Shown: positions 1 to 12,681, counted from the first letter of the whole stretch. The stretch: 63,707 nucleotides of DNA, filler included, from Cercozoa sp. M6MM (GCA_040357565.1; 6 parts of 6 records of this genome joined end to end with filler, not necessarily neighbours in it), one strand, 5' to 3'. Made by a program: numbers and translations. Notes: generated by a model not told the origin, from the sequence alone.

Positions 1-69
1 GTAGGCACACGCACGTGTGCCTACTGTCTTGTACTGAACAAATTCAAATTCTGAACGGGGGTCACTCAG

Positions 70-708
70 GCCTCAACGAGCTGCTGACTTCGTATTCTCC
101 CCAAGGCACAGTTTTACTCTCGGCGAAAGGGGGGGTACAGTGCTCACTGTAGGTTGTGTACGTTCAACGGAAAGGAAGGTCGCAAACAACCACTCATACG
201 ATGCTACACCAGGCAAAGGCAGCCATCTTGGTACTTGAAACTGACTATTTCGCTGTTTAAATACTCACTACATTCGAGTTTACTCAGAATTGTATCGCCC
301 AAGAGCTGCTTGCCTCTCGAGTTCCTCAGTTCAGCTCAATTTTGTTCTCAACTTGGAACTGCAGCTCGTCTCGACCGGCATGCATACCTTGTGTCGTGTC
401 AGAAGAAACTCGTGAACTGGCACATGCCAGACTCAGACTAGGCGAACATGCTGCTCAGCATTCCTCATCGGCGCTTTCTCTTCTCCTCTGTGGTAAAAAG
501 GAACTTTCAGCCAGGTCTAGGCTGGTATAATACAAGTCATGTGGATGATTGGAACGGCCAGGAGCGGAGGTGGTGTGGCGCCAACACCGGATGTCGACTG
601 CGTAGTGCCAGCTTGAACTTGCAACTCACTGAATTCCTAGTTCAGTTCTTTTTGAGACAGCGTGATATTTATACGGCGCACGTGCACTGGCAGTCAGTTA
701 ATTACTGA
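70..708 (+). CDS. 3' part of an intron-containing gene of unknown function (runs off window start)
   Basis: Exon-like blocks bounded by CAG/GT (e.g. GLNELLTSYSPQGTVLLSAKGG from about 70); last block QRDIYTAHVHWQSVNY* ends at 708. No family recognised. Confidence 0.3.
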
Positions 709-938
709 TAAACACAGTTCACAGTAAATTCAGTGCATTTATCACTAACACGAATACTGGGCAGTTTTCATGGTCTCCTGCAGCTGCCGTGCCAACTAAC
801 TGACTGATGTGTTTCCGCGCGGAAACTGGAAAAGAGCACCAGGGAGTTGTAAACCTGCTCGTGGAGCTGAAAGAAGAGAACTCTCTGGACCTCTATCAAG
901 GCTGAAGCGAGTGGTTTTATAGGAATCGCCTGCTGCGT

Positions 939-2767
939 ATGGGCTCGCAACCCGTCTTTTCGGACGCAAGTTTTGAATCTCGTTATAGCGTAGGATTTTT
1001 CTCGCAGCCTCGCGAATATTGTCTTTCGCTAGGAGACAGAAACTGCTATGACCCAAAAGCAACTTTCCGTCACGTGCCTGAAGCAGAACAAGTCGTAGGA
1101 AAGGAGCGAGTTTTTTCTCCCCGGGGGTTGAAGTCAGAGCACCGAACGAAACGAAAGCACTCTTCCCCAGCCACGACGGTGGTATGCAAACGCGAACACG
1201 ACGCAGATATTCTTCTATGCCGCAAGAAGATTCCTGACGTTATCGCTGTCGATACAGTCGAAACTCCCGTTGTATTGAATTGGCTGAAAACTCTTCATGA
1301 CCGTCTAACCACAGAAGGAGAAGAGAACTTTGTCGTGATTGTACGTGGTTTTCCGAATCTCAAAAACAAATCTAGCATATGATGGCACGAGCAACCTGGC
1401 GCGTAGCCCAAATGCAGTAACAACCCGGAGCACTTGGTGTTTGATGCGATGCGTCTGTGCTTTCGCCAACGTGCAGAGGCTGCGACTATCAAGTGGAACC
1501 TACGAAGCGACCGACGGTACTTTGAAAGGTTTTGCGCGGTGTTGAAGAACCTGATAACTCTGCTTCGCGCCGGAAAACGGAAAACCATCCGTGTAAACTG
1601 AATGTTGACATTTTACCTCACCTGCAAGGTGACTCAATGTTTTTCGTTGTCAATCAGGCCCTGTACTACGAACTGATAGAGTATTTTCAAGAAGGAGGTC
1701 AAGCTTCACTGAATCAAATCGTTGCTGACCTAGCAGCGACCATGGTAAATTTAATTTCTTTGAATTCCTGAATCGTAATTCATATAAGTAAGTTAGTCAA
1801 TTGCATTCGTTCATTTTACATGTATCCGGCAGAGGGTACCAAGATATTCACTCGGAATAATCGCTGCGCCCCGAGGGTGGGTGTTTGGAAAATTCGCTGC
1901 TGTTACTTCAAACGGCAACGCAATCGTGCTTTCTCCAAGGATGATGCAGCACATCGATGAAACCTGGGTACGCCGGGAAGGCATTGACTTGAGAGTCAGT
2001 GACCAGGTGCAGTATGTCGTGGTCGTCGAGAAAATGACAGTATTCCAACGATTAATGCAATCGCGTTTCATAAAGTCACATTGCGTCATGAGTGTGTTGC
2101 ATTTAAATTTATCCACATTGCCAATAGTCTTTTCGTACATTTCTTCTATTTGGTTGGATTGACAAGCAGTAACTGGTCAAGGGATGCCACCTTTGGCTTG
2201 CCGACTGTTTTTGCGGAGGCTACTCGACGCGCATCCTCACCTTCACGCTCACTGTCTCGTTGATTTCGACCCGTATGGAATACATATATACTTGAGCTAT
2301 GCCTTCGCGCTCAACCCGCAACCCGAAGCGTATCTCTACGCTGCACCGGAGCTACAATGGACAGGTATATTTGATATGCGTCGAGGGGAGCGCGGTAGTT
2401 AACAAGAATCACGTACCCCAAACAGGCCTTCATTTTTGGTGAAATCAAGAAACTGGCTCTGGTTGAACATATGCTGCAACTTAACGACAGAGACGAAGCA
2501 CGCCTGCATTTCGTACGAAGCCGGCTCCTAGTGGCGTTAAAGTGCGTCCCGGAAGGACGACATCACAGAGGACTTGTTCGCGTCTTAAATGCCTGTGAAA
2601 CTATGCTTCGAGTTGGGTAAAATGTGTATCCTGTAGGCTTCCTAAGGCAAGTCAAAATTCGGGTATTGTGCAGAAAAAAGGCAGAAATTGAGCTTTTGAA
2701 TACATACCAAGATGACTACCTCGGCGACTCACTTCTCCGTAGCCTGTGCCTTCACTCAAGCACGTAA
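939..2767 (+). CDS. SPO11: Spo11 / topoisomerase VI subunit A homolog (meiotic double-strand-break transesterase); apparent frameshift near 2433-2437
   Basis: Spliced translation gives KTIRALYY (catalytic Tyr motif), RYSLGIIAAPRGWVFG, VVVVEKMTVFQRL (TOPRIM Glu), ITGQGMPPLACRLFL, LVDFDPYGIHI (DxD), WTGL, LNDRD and KKAEIELL in Spo11 order, joined by GT-AG introns. Start codon uncertain. Confidence 0.9.
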
Positions 2768-2957
2768 ATAACGATGGTGTGCGGCCGGGTTATTTTACAG
2801 TATGCGATGTATCGCATGTCGGCCCGTACCGTGACGCTATAGCTAACTTTTACTTGGATTAGTAGAACTACGATACGACAGTTGATCGTAGTATATGCGA
2901 TGTATCCCGCCCGACCGTCACGTCAGGCACGTGCCATCCGATCAGACATATCCTTCG

Positions 2958-4498
2958 CTAGAAGGTGGAGCAGCTAGAGACACTTACCGTTACACTTGCG
3001 TCTTCGCTTTTCATAACGGTAGGGCTGGTACGACTCGGGCGATTGTGATTCCCTTGCGGACGCAACTGGGTTGGCGTATCAGCATTGTTCCGGTCGCCAC
3101 CAGAGTGCACTGGCACTTGAGAGTCGCCATGCATGTCATTGTTGGAATCGACATGCGGGTCAGACGCGCCTTGGTTACCAGTTTCGCGAGGTGTCTTTTC
3201 GTGTTCACTCGTGACACAGCGTCGCTTGCGTGCTTCGCCGTCGACAGAAGGTGTGTGTTCTCGCGAGCGGCGTTGCAACTGCAAGTTCAAAGTTAAAGAA
3301 ATCTCATAGAACTGGAGTTGCCGTACCACAGAGACTGTCGACACAAGAATACCGGAGTCACAGAAGCGTTGCCTTTGTGTCTGCAAAGAAAGATAAAACG
3401 AGTGAAAAGAAAAGCGACTGAGTTGCTGTTGCTACCCGAGTTTGCTGCAGCAACTGTTTTGCGCGCTGAGCGATTGATTTCTGTCTGTAAAAGAAAAACA
3501 GAGTTAGCACAACGGACAGTGAAAACTAAATTGCGTACCGAGCAGCCATAGCATCGAACTGCCGAACAAAGTCAGCGGAAATGTCGACAGCCTCCTTGAC
3601 TCGCTCCTGGTGGTGTTTTTGCAGTGCTTCTTCTTGCTGTCGCAGTTGATCTGCCTGTTTCCGAAGTTGATCGTCTTGGTTTTGACACCGCTCGTCTTGC
3701 TTTCGAAGTTGTCTCTCTTGCTTTCGAAGTTGCTCCTCTTGCTTGCAAAGTTGCTCCTCTTGCTTTCGCAGTTTATCCTCTTGCTTTCGAAGCAGTTCTT
3801 GTTGCTTTCGACGTGTTTCGTCTTCTCGTGTTTCGTTCTCGAGCCGTAACTGTTCCTGTTTTAGTCTTCGCTGCTGCTCGTCTTGTTCCTGTTGCTGCAA
3901 TCTCTGGCGCATCTCTTGGAGTTGCTTGGCCGCGTCTTCTTGCAATCTCCTCTCCTGCAGTTGCATTCGGCGCAACTCCTCTTGCAATCGCTGTTGCTCT
4001 TCCTGCTTGAGTTTCAGCTGTTCTTTCAGTTGCCGACGTTCTTTCTCGAGTTGTTGCTTCTGCTCTTGTTGGTGCAAAAAGTCCTTCTCGCGCGAGCGCT
4101 GACGCGACAAGAGCGCCTGAATACGTTGCTGCTGCTCGATCGCCGATTCGCGCATTTCCTGCACATTCCCAAGTCCGAAACAAGCGAAAGAGACGAACGG
4201 AAGTACCGTAAGCTGCGCATTCAACAGGACCACCTGAGCTTCCAAGCCGTCGCCTCGGTGCATCTCTGTGTTTTTGGGTTCCTCTCGTTGTGCTCGCCCA
4301 TCCACAAAACTAACAGAGTCGTGAGTCTACCTTGCTGAAGCGCTGTCGACATCGAATGCAACACTCGAGCGACTTGACGCTCCAGTGTGTCCTATCAGCG
4401 CACTTCAAACAAAGCAGGAAATGCCGATGAAGAATGTGATTTACCAGAGAGACACCAAATTCGGCAAATCCTGTCTCCTCTGGCAAAATTTCTGCCAT
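2958..4498 (-). CDS. Q/E/R-rich coiled-coil protein of unknown function
   Basis: Long exon (ORF 3526-4305) with LRKQEEQ-like heptad repeats; flanking low-complexity exons. Confidence 0.55.
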
Positions 4499-4738
4499 TT
4501 TATCTGCTAACAGACTGCTATAATGACATCAAAGTAACTTAGCCGGCCGCCAGGCCGTCTGATCATGATGCTGGTCGTTTCTCTTTTTTATTGGTCACAC
4601 AAACAAAAAAGGCGGCGCTCCTGTTGACTGCGAGTGCGCGACACGGCCGCCTAAGGACTGTGTGCCTGTGCTAGAAGTCGCGTAGTTCTCACAGTGTGAC
4701 GAACCACTCGTATTGTTTGTGATATTGGCCAGCCACAA

Positions 4739-5364
4739 ATGATCGCGAGAGCCCGTAAGGTACGGTCGTCGTATCGCATCGCATATTATTTTCTCGCGAA
4801 GATGCGATGTCTCCGTGTTTGAGCTCAGGCAGTGGTTGACTACTGGCACCACCCACATGGCATGAAGACGACGCACTTCTGGGGCCCTGTCGCTAACTGG
4901 GGTAGCTGATCCCCTCCTACATACGCCCCAATGTGTAGCCGGATCCGAGCTTGCACGTGTCCTCTTGTCTGCGTAGGCTTTGTGCTCGCTGGCCTTGCCG
5001 ACTTGAAAAAGCCGGTCGAGTTTGTTTCGGTAGCCTCTGCCTTTTGTTTTAGTGTGTTCGGCCTGTAGCATGCGCTTGCACTGTACCTAGGGTCCCATGA
5101 GTTTCGCGCTCTGTGTGTACTCAATGCTGTTCATGCGATTCGCGTGGATGGTCCAACCGCGCAACTACCTGCTGCTTGCGTGCCATATCTCGAACGAGAC
5201 AGTGCACATGTACCACCTGACGCGTAACTTGCCCCTTTCACGTTTTACCGACTTTATTCTTGCCGACCTGAATAATTGGATTTGGATCACAATGTGCAGG
5301 AAAAACGCTTTGGGTAATGGACCAGAAGCAGCAAGAGGAGCAATCACTCGTCCAGGCCGAGTAG
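4739..5364 (+). CDS. MPC1: Mitochondrial pyruvate carrier, MPC1-type
   Basis: Spliced: [88 protein letters not shown]...[14 protein letters not shown] and [19 protein letters not shown] are MPC1 hallmarks; 4 GT-AG introns. Confidence 0.95.
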
Positions 5365-5594
5365 GCCCGAGTTCACTAGAGGCGGGTTTAAACCATCCGT
5401 CTCGTCTGTTTCTACGTTGCTTTCGTTTTGCCAATTTATTGATGGGGTTCTCGTCTCTCACCAAGTCCTCCGCGCGGAACACCAGCGTTTCCGCGGCCCG
5501 GATTAAAACAGAAGGAAACGGAGTATAACGTATTTTCGCGAAAACGAACTAAGCGGGAATGCTGGAAACGACCGAACACGGTGTTTGCCTGGAC

Positions 5595-6528
5595 CTAGGT
5601 TTGGCTCTGCGTGCTCTCAGCAGTCGGAGTCTGCTGCTGCGCGGCCTGAGTGCTCTGCGCGTCGGGTCGCTTCTGGCGCTTGCTGCTGGGCCAGATGTAG
5701 CGCAGGTAGCCCGGGTTGTCAATGTCGTTGCCTTTGGCGTCTTGCAGGGCCTTCCAGTTCAGCCAAGCCTGCAAGCACAGGGCCAAATAACTGTACGAAA
5801 GGAACCCACAAAGACTGGGAGCAGAGACACCTGTTTCTCCTTTTCGAGACCTTTCTTGATGTTGCGCACTCTCCTGTAAACGCGCTCGTGAGGTCCAACT
5901 CTTAGAATAAGCTCTCGCGATCGAACGTACCTCTGCGAGTTCTCCGGCGAGCGCCACTCGGCACTATTTTGCCAGACCTGGGTTGTTTCAAAAAAAAAAG
6001 TGAAAGCACAGCACCCCAATCATTCAAGTTAAGAACGCTTTCGACTTAAGGGTACCGCATACACCAACAGACAAGATGCGGTGACACCAGCGACCTGCCA
6101 GAGCATAGTTAGTCCAACCCACAGACAACAGAGATGGTATGGCAGGTACATAGATCTGCGCAGCCTTGCCATGGCGCGAACGTTCGTACACCTGCGCAGT
6201 TTAAATGTGTGCACAACATAACACAGTTCGAGCTGTCTCAACTACCTTGCTCTGCTGCTCAAGGGCGTATCGAACCGACGCTGCGTGTTCCAATGTGCCT
6301 CTGCCAACAAACACAGTTTCGCCGTGCTTAACGATAGTGAACACAACGTACCTGCCTGCACGTGTACGAGGAAGTGCTTGGCCAGCCATGTACGCCTGAG
6401 AAACAACAAATATCGCCTCTGGTCATAAGCACTCTTGTTGAAGGCTTTCGCGGTACCGGTGTGACCTGCAGTGGCGCACCGCCAGACTGCATACGGCGGC
6501 CTACCAGGCACTTGATGCGCGTCAACAT
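5595..6528 (-). CDS. Small probable mitochondrial single-pass membrane protein of unknown function
   Basis: Seven exons splice in frame: MLTRIKCLVGRRMQSGGAPLQV... (basic presequence-like), IYVAGVTASCLLVYAVW (one hydrophobic span), ...AWLNWKALQDAKGNDIDNPGYLRYIWP...QT*. Confidence 0.55.
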
Positions 6529-6752
6529 ACAACAGAACCGCGTTCACGCACTTCAATCGCAGCGAAGTTGGAGCAAAGCGCTCGACGAACGATCCCGACT
6601 CGAACGGCCCAAATCGACAACAGTTGTTATTGATGGGCGCGATGAGTCGACAAAAGCAGGAAGACCTATAAGACGCAATTTCACTCTGTTCTGTAGGTTC
6701 TACAGCGATTGTACAAGTGTATAGGGCGTGTTTCAGGTCTTAGAAGTCACCG

Positions 6753-8880
6753 ATGTCTGCGCTTCGGTTTGCAGGAGATCGACTGGGCTCATTGGTGCGT
6801 TTCGCTCGTGTCCTATTTATTGCCAGCCATACGATTTATGGAACTGTAACGGTATAGCCCCCACTGCGACCATTGTCGCTGCAACTGCACCGCGGCTTCC
6901 AGCTACCGCTGTTCCTTGCTTGCGGTACATTTTGGTTGAATTTGCGAGGCAACGTGCACGCTCTCTGTGTTTACACAGGTGGTCACAAAGGCGACTTTGT
7001 CGCTCGATTCGTCGATCTAAAGTACCGTCTCTGGACTTGGCATGTGTTAGTAATCCATAGTTACAATTCAGTGACGAGAATGCTCGTGTACGGATACAAC
7101 GTGGCTCATTGTCTTTGAGGTAGAATTATATACAGTATTTCATGCTGTTGTACGAGTTTTTTTTACTAATTAATTCTGGCAGATACGGCGGCGAAATTTG
7201 CTCTGAGTTGCGCGGCGAAAGCGTTGGAAACGACCCGTGTGACCTTCCGCCGGTTCGGTAAGCGTTTCTTCCGGCCCGAGTGATTGTTGAGTCTGTTTGA
7301 ATCGAGAACTGGTGCAGATTTGCTGGTGCATCAATTGAAACCATCAAACAACGTTTCGAAAATGACAACTTTCCATTTGATATCTTTGGTACGCTTGTAT
7401 CTTGTTCTGCTTGTTGTTTGAGCGAAGTTGATTCACACTCAGACAACGACATGAATGAGATCATGCGACTGATTGACGCTGCGGCGATGCAGAAGTTGCA
7501 TACGATGTGAGTTATCTTTTTTTTTTTGTCAACTCCATGCTGTCTATGATTACTCTTTGTGTAGGACGCCGAGTGATATATGTAAAATGTGCGACACCAA
7601 AGGTGGGCTGTTTCAGACAGGAAGTTGTGTATGAAAGGAGGGGATAAAGTGTGGTGTGCTCAGGCGGCGCCTTTCTGGAAGAGCACGAAGAAGACGAAGT
7701 GCTGAACGCGTTTCCTTTTGAGCTTTCGGAAGAGCAAGCATTCGTTGCGCTGACTGACATTGTTCGCAATGATGTAGTTTTTACTCTCGCTCATTTCATT
7801 CTTTGTTTTTCTTTTTTTGTTTTCTTTTTCTTTTCTTTTGCTGTTCCTTTCTCTTCCTTTCTATTTGCTGTCCCACTTTCCACCCTACCTGTTCTCCCTT
7901 CTTTCTCTACCGTAAATCTAGAGCTTCCTTCCTCGTTCCTTCCCCCATCCTCCCAAATCCTTCCCTTCCCTCCTTCTTCTGCCTCAGCTAAACTTCCTCT
8001 CTTACTGTCCTGCAGTTCCTCGACCTGGCCAGGGAACGAGCCAAGGCACACACTCCCGAAGGCTCCTTGTTTGTGGACGTGTCCCTGCCAGGTGAATTGG
8101 ACCCACTGACTTCACAAGACAGCTGCGACAGCGGTAGCAGCAACTGCAACAACACGGAAACAGCGACGATGCCGTTCGAACTGTCGCCGTCGCTGTTGTG
8201 CCTGACGCCGTTCCTGTGTCACTTCTGCGAGGAGGACCTCCTCCAGTACACGCCTTGCGATGGTACCTCTGTTGCACACGTGAACGTGTGGCCTTTCTTT
8301 CTCATGCACAAAGTAATGAAACTCGTAATGAAACTCTTTTCGCATCGCAGGCAAGATGCAAGCCTTCTCGCGAGAGGAATTCGCGCAGATTCAGCAGCAG
8401 GTGCGACGCAACCGACGCTTCAGCGAACGCGCACACCGCGCGAAGCTGCGTCAGAACTTTGAAAGCTCCGAGAACGCCAAAGTGAACGATTTCTTGCATG
8501 CGCGGTGAGGCCAGTGGTTTCTTTCTTTTTGTGCGTGCTTCTGACGCGAAATATGTGTCGCAGCTTTGGCTACCGTCGAGCGGCGTCGCGTGAGCCTGCA
8601 GTTTCGCCGGAGGAAGCCGAGGCCAAGGCACTGTCGGTGTTGCACCTATCGGCTCACTTCTCGAAGCACGAGCTTCTGCGACGCTTTGCGGAACTCGCCA
8701 AACAAACGCATCCGGGTAGGCTCGCGCCTGTGTGTTTCGTCGCTTGAGTCTGTGTTGTATCCCGTTTCTGTGCTACCGTGTTCAGACACCGCTTGCGGGC
8801 ACGGTGGCCACGGCAGTGCCGAGGAGTTCCGCCAGGTGTTCGAAGCCTTCCAAACCCTGCGCAAGCTGCGTTCGCTGTGA
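6753..8880 (+). CDS. Multi-exon protein with a C-terminal J-domain (DnaJ type III co-chaperone)
   Basis: ALSVLHLSAHFSKHELLRRFAELAKQTHP|DTAC...AEEFRQVFEAFQTL: the HPD motif is rebuilt across an intron. An intron at about 8505-8563 (GTGAGG...CTGAC...CAG) joins it in frame to the upstream exons. Internal exon structure is only partly resolved. Confidence 0.65.
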
Positions 8881-9157
8881 TCCAGGCCGTGGCGGATGCA
8901 CGTGATGGACCGAAACTTGGCTTGACTAGTGATTGGTCGAATCTGACTCGACTTGCGCGCATTGTTTCTTTCAGTTGATTTAATTAAGACGTATCGGTCC
9001 TGTACGGTATTTTTTACTATACGCGGCGCGGTAGCTTGCAAAGCTGACTCTGAATCCTCATGATGACGTGCGGTGCCAATGAGCGGAGCCGAGCGTCTCG
9101 TCCGTTTCGCGGCATCTGTTCGGTTTGCTCTGACTTTTGTTACAGCAGGAGGAACAC

Positions 9158-10348
9158 ATGTCAAGACAGCACGTGGCACTGACCACCAACGAACGCACGT
9201 GTGTGCACACGACAACGTGTCTAGATAACGATGAACTGCTTTTCGAGATTGTGAAATATCTTGACACTGTCTGTGACCTTCGATCACTATCGCTCACTTG
9301 TCGTCGCTTCCATAACGTCATCGCCTGCAACGATTCCGTGGTATCTGTGTATTCAAGGTGGCCAACAGACTTGTGTCACTGTGCATACTGTGGGTAGTGG
9401 CGGCCACTGGCTGGCGTGGTTCCTGACGTGTTGGAGGATCATATAGATGCACTGGGCGAGAGGAAGTGGCGTAGGTACAACATGCCTCCTGCGCGTGCTC
9501 ATATTTGAGTTTTTTAACCGCAGTCTAGTGATGTTCCGACACGCACAACGAGAGAGTGCTGGCGTCACCGACGGCGCTTGCCGAGTGCCCGAGATAGAAA
9601 CGTGTCACCTGATGGCACCTACCTCGTCACCCAGTCAATTCACTAGGTACGCGGTCGAAGTTCTGCCGTACTTTCAATATCCAAAACGCTGTAGCGACGG
9701 CGTGTTTTTGAAACTGCCAAAAAACCCGTCGAGGTGGCCGCAGTTGGTCACCAAGAACGATGCACCCAGCAACAATGTGTCCAAGCTGCTGAAACTGCCG
9801 TTCGGCACCGTGTGGCAGTTCCGCTGTCCTCTCATTGCCGATCGGTACACACAACACAAACTTGCCCTCTGTATTAACATTTGACCCATTGGCGCGTGTG
9901 TCACAGGTCAAAATTTGAAACCAGAAGCAGCGCAAATCCCGACATCGATCAAGACACCGATCAAGAGCACCTGACACAGGTAAACTTACAGTTTCTTTTT
10001 CTCCATGACTGTTTGAGCTAAAACACGTTTGGCAGATGAGCGTGGACTTCTGCACGGTGTGTCGGAAGCAAGTGCACTACGTCGCCACCGAGCAGCAGTT
10101 GCGCGAGCACGCAGAACGCGGCGACTGCGTCTTCTTCGATGACAACGCGGCGTGGCTTCGCTCTGGACAACGCGGTACCGATGATCTGGAACATCGAAAC
10201 TTATACAGGCAGTATTTCATGCTGTCTTTCCTTTCCTGTATTTTGTGCACTGGATAGAACAACGGAGACCTGTCCGCCGGTATGGCGGGTGTGTCGTCAC
10301 GTGATGCAGGTGATGTACCTCACTGGCTGGCTGGTCAGGTCGAATTGA
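9158..10348 (+). CDS. F-box protein with a C-terminal Cys/His module (IETC...FRCP...CxxCRKQVH...HAxxGxC)
   Basis: N-terminal LDNDELLFEIVKYLDTVCDLRSLSLTCRRFHNVI is F-box-like; C-terminal WQFRCP ... DFCTVCRKQVHYVATEQQLREHAERGDCVFF. Confidence 0.7.
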
Positions 10349-11389
10349 GTATCCGAAATGGCTATCACTTACTTGGAACGAAACTGGCGGGTGTGTGACG
10401 GCGGAGCTATATAGATCGCGATCTGTACGCAGTCTTATACGATACCCCGCGTCCATTCGACGAGTTAGTCCGAGTTGCGTACCGTAATGGAGGCTTCAGT
10501 GCCTCGCGATTGAGAAAACGCTGCGTCACGTGCTTAGCGAAGGAAAGTGTCGCACGGTGCCGGCCAAGGCGACCCCAGACCCAAATGTTACTGTCAACAT
10601 CAAACAACCTACTCGGCTGACTACTTGCTCCGCGTGGAAGCAACTATCAGTCATGCCAAATAAGAACTGAAGTGTTTTGCTAAGGTTGAGAGCTGGTAAC
10701 CTAACAATTGAGTGCTGCCTAGCTTGGCATACCCTGTGTTTGGTAGAGTGGCGAGCAGCTTGAAACTGCTGCAAGAATTGAAGAAAGGCCCTCTTTCCAA
10801 TACCAGGTACCTCAAGGGATACTGTGCTTGTCGACACCAAAGCAACTGACTTGCTCTAGCTTGAGTAGGCAAGAGGGTTTTTTCTTTTGCTCATCGTCGA
10901 ACAAACCTCTCAACACTCTCAACTGTAACGACGGCCCTACCTTGGGGTAACCTTCTCTCTTCTGATATCTTTCGGCTAACTCGTCTGATATTGAGACGTC
11001 GAATGAACACTAAATTAAACGACCTACATTCTTGCTTTTCTTTAGTCGTTGTCTTCACTATAAGTGACAATCTCACAATCAACACAAAGGTGCTGACACT
11101 TGCAGAGAACGCCGTTCGCTGAATGACAGTGGTATCTTTTCGATGAAACATCGCCCGCATGTGATGCGATGGTTAACTTTCGCCGAAAGTTCGTCGGTCG
11201 TTTTGGATTATGGGGTAGCCTTGGTGTGTTGGACTATTGTATGTTGGTGGCGTTGTTAGCCATTTGAATTGGATTTCGGCGCGGTTGACCGACCTTGACC
11301 AAGGTGTGCACCGCACATGATCGGATATTTGGTAGGTATGATCGGATGTTGAGGATTCGGGTGCATTGTCACAACTTGCACGGAACTGT

Positions 11390-12492
11390 TTATCTCCTCC
11401 GCGTGCTGACGTAAGCGGGTGCCTGTTGGTCGGCACTGCTGCTCCTGCTTGCGTTGCTGCTGCCGTCGCTGTCGTACCGCTGCGTAATACACGGAATACA
11501 GCCCTGAGGTAGATAGATATATACACATACCTGCTGGTAGGTGGCACCGTAGGCGGTCGTCTCGTGCGAGCCTCTGCCTCGACCTCTACCTCTGCCCCTG
11601 ACTCTGCCTCTGCCCCTGACTCTGCCTCTGCCCCTACCCCTGCCTCTGCCCCTGTAGGTGTAGGGCATCGGCATCGGCATAGGTGGATGGACAGGAACAT
11701 GGATAGGAACATGGACGGGAGGTGGAGGCGGCATCGAGAACGGCACAGACCGCGGACGGTGCTGCACATATGCCGGTGCCGCTTGCTGCTGCTGCTGCTG
11801 CTGCTGTTGTTGTTGTTGTTGTTGGAAGGACTGGAAGGCAGGTGTTTGATAGGAGGCCGGAGCCTGATAGGAGGGAGGCGCGTAGGCACCAGGTGCCTGG
11901 GTCACGTAGGAAGGAGGTGCCTGCGACGGCTGATAATCCGGCACGTACTCAGGCGACCTGGCCGCGGCAGAAGTGTCCTCTTCGAGCTCGCCTTCCTCCT
12001 TTACCAGCAGCGACAGCAACTTCGAGTGCGACATGCGCTGCCAGTGCGACGGCACTTGGAACAGCACGTCCTGTCAAAAGGGAAATATATGGAGGACTAT
12101 GTGAAAAGGTGAACAGGGGGTCCAGTACCTGCTCACGCGCGTGTTCGATTAGCGAGTTCCACGTTGTGTTCGATGCCAGCGCTGCCGAGTCACCCACGAC
12201 CTGTTTGAAAATGAAGAAGAGGTCGAAAATGAATGAGTACAGACGTTAAGGCAGAGTACCCATAGTGCCTTCTTAGCACGCGTGATGGCCACATTAAGCC
12301 GACGCACATCGGCCACGAAGCCGAGTCGTCTACCTCTACAGTGAGGTAATAACAGGGAGTACACAGGGATATCAGAGATAAAGGACATGACGGTACTCAT
12401 TGGAACGCACGCAAGACAGCACAATGATATCCTTCTCGCGTCCCTGAAAGAAGTCAACGGTCTCCACGGTGGCGCTGTCCTCGCTGCGTGCG

Positions 12493-12534
<42 letters not shown>

Positions 12535-12634
12535 NNNNNNNNNNNNNNNNNNNNNNNNNNNNNNNNNNNNNNNNNNNNNNNNNNNNNNNNNNNNNNNNNN
12601 NNNNNNNNNNNNNNNNNNNNNNNNNNNNNNNNNN

Positions 12635-12681
<47 letters not shown>

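Noticed and set aside
3610-4338. Long antisense ORFs over the coiled-coil exon (also over the G-alpha and MORN genes)
   Set aside because: Shadow ORFs expected from codon bias and repeats; no independent coding signal.
8508-8553. Two tandem genes only 44 nt apart (polycistronic or readthrough)
   Set aside because: A normal GT-AG intron with a CTGAC branch site spans the stop and fuses the J-domain to the upstream exons.
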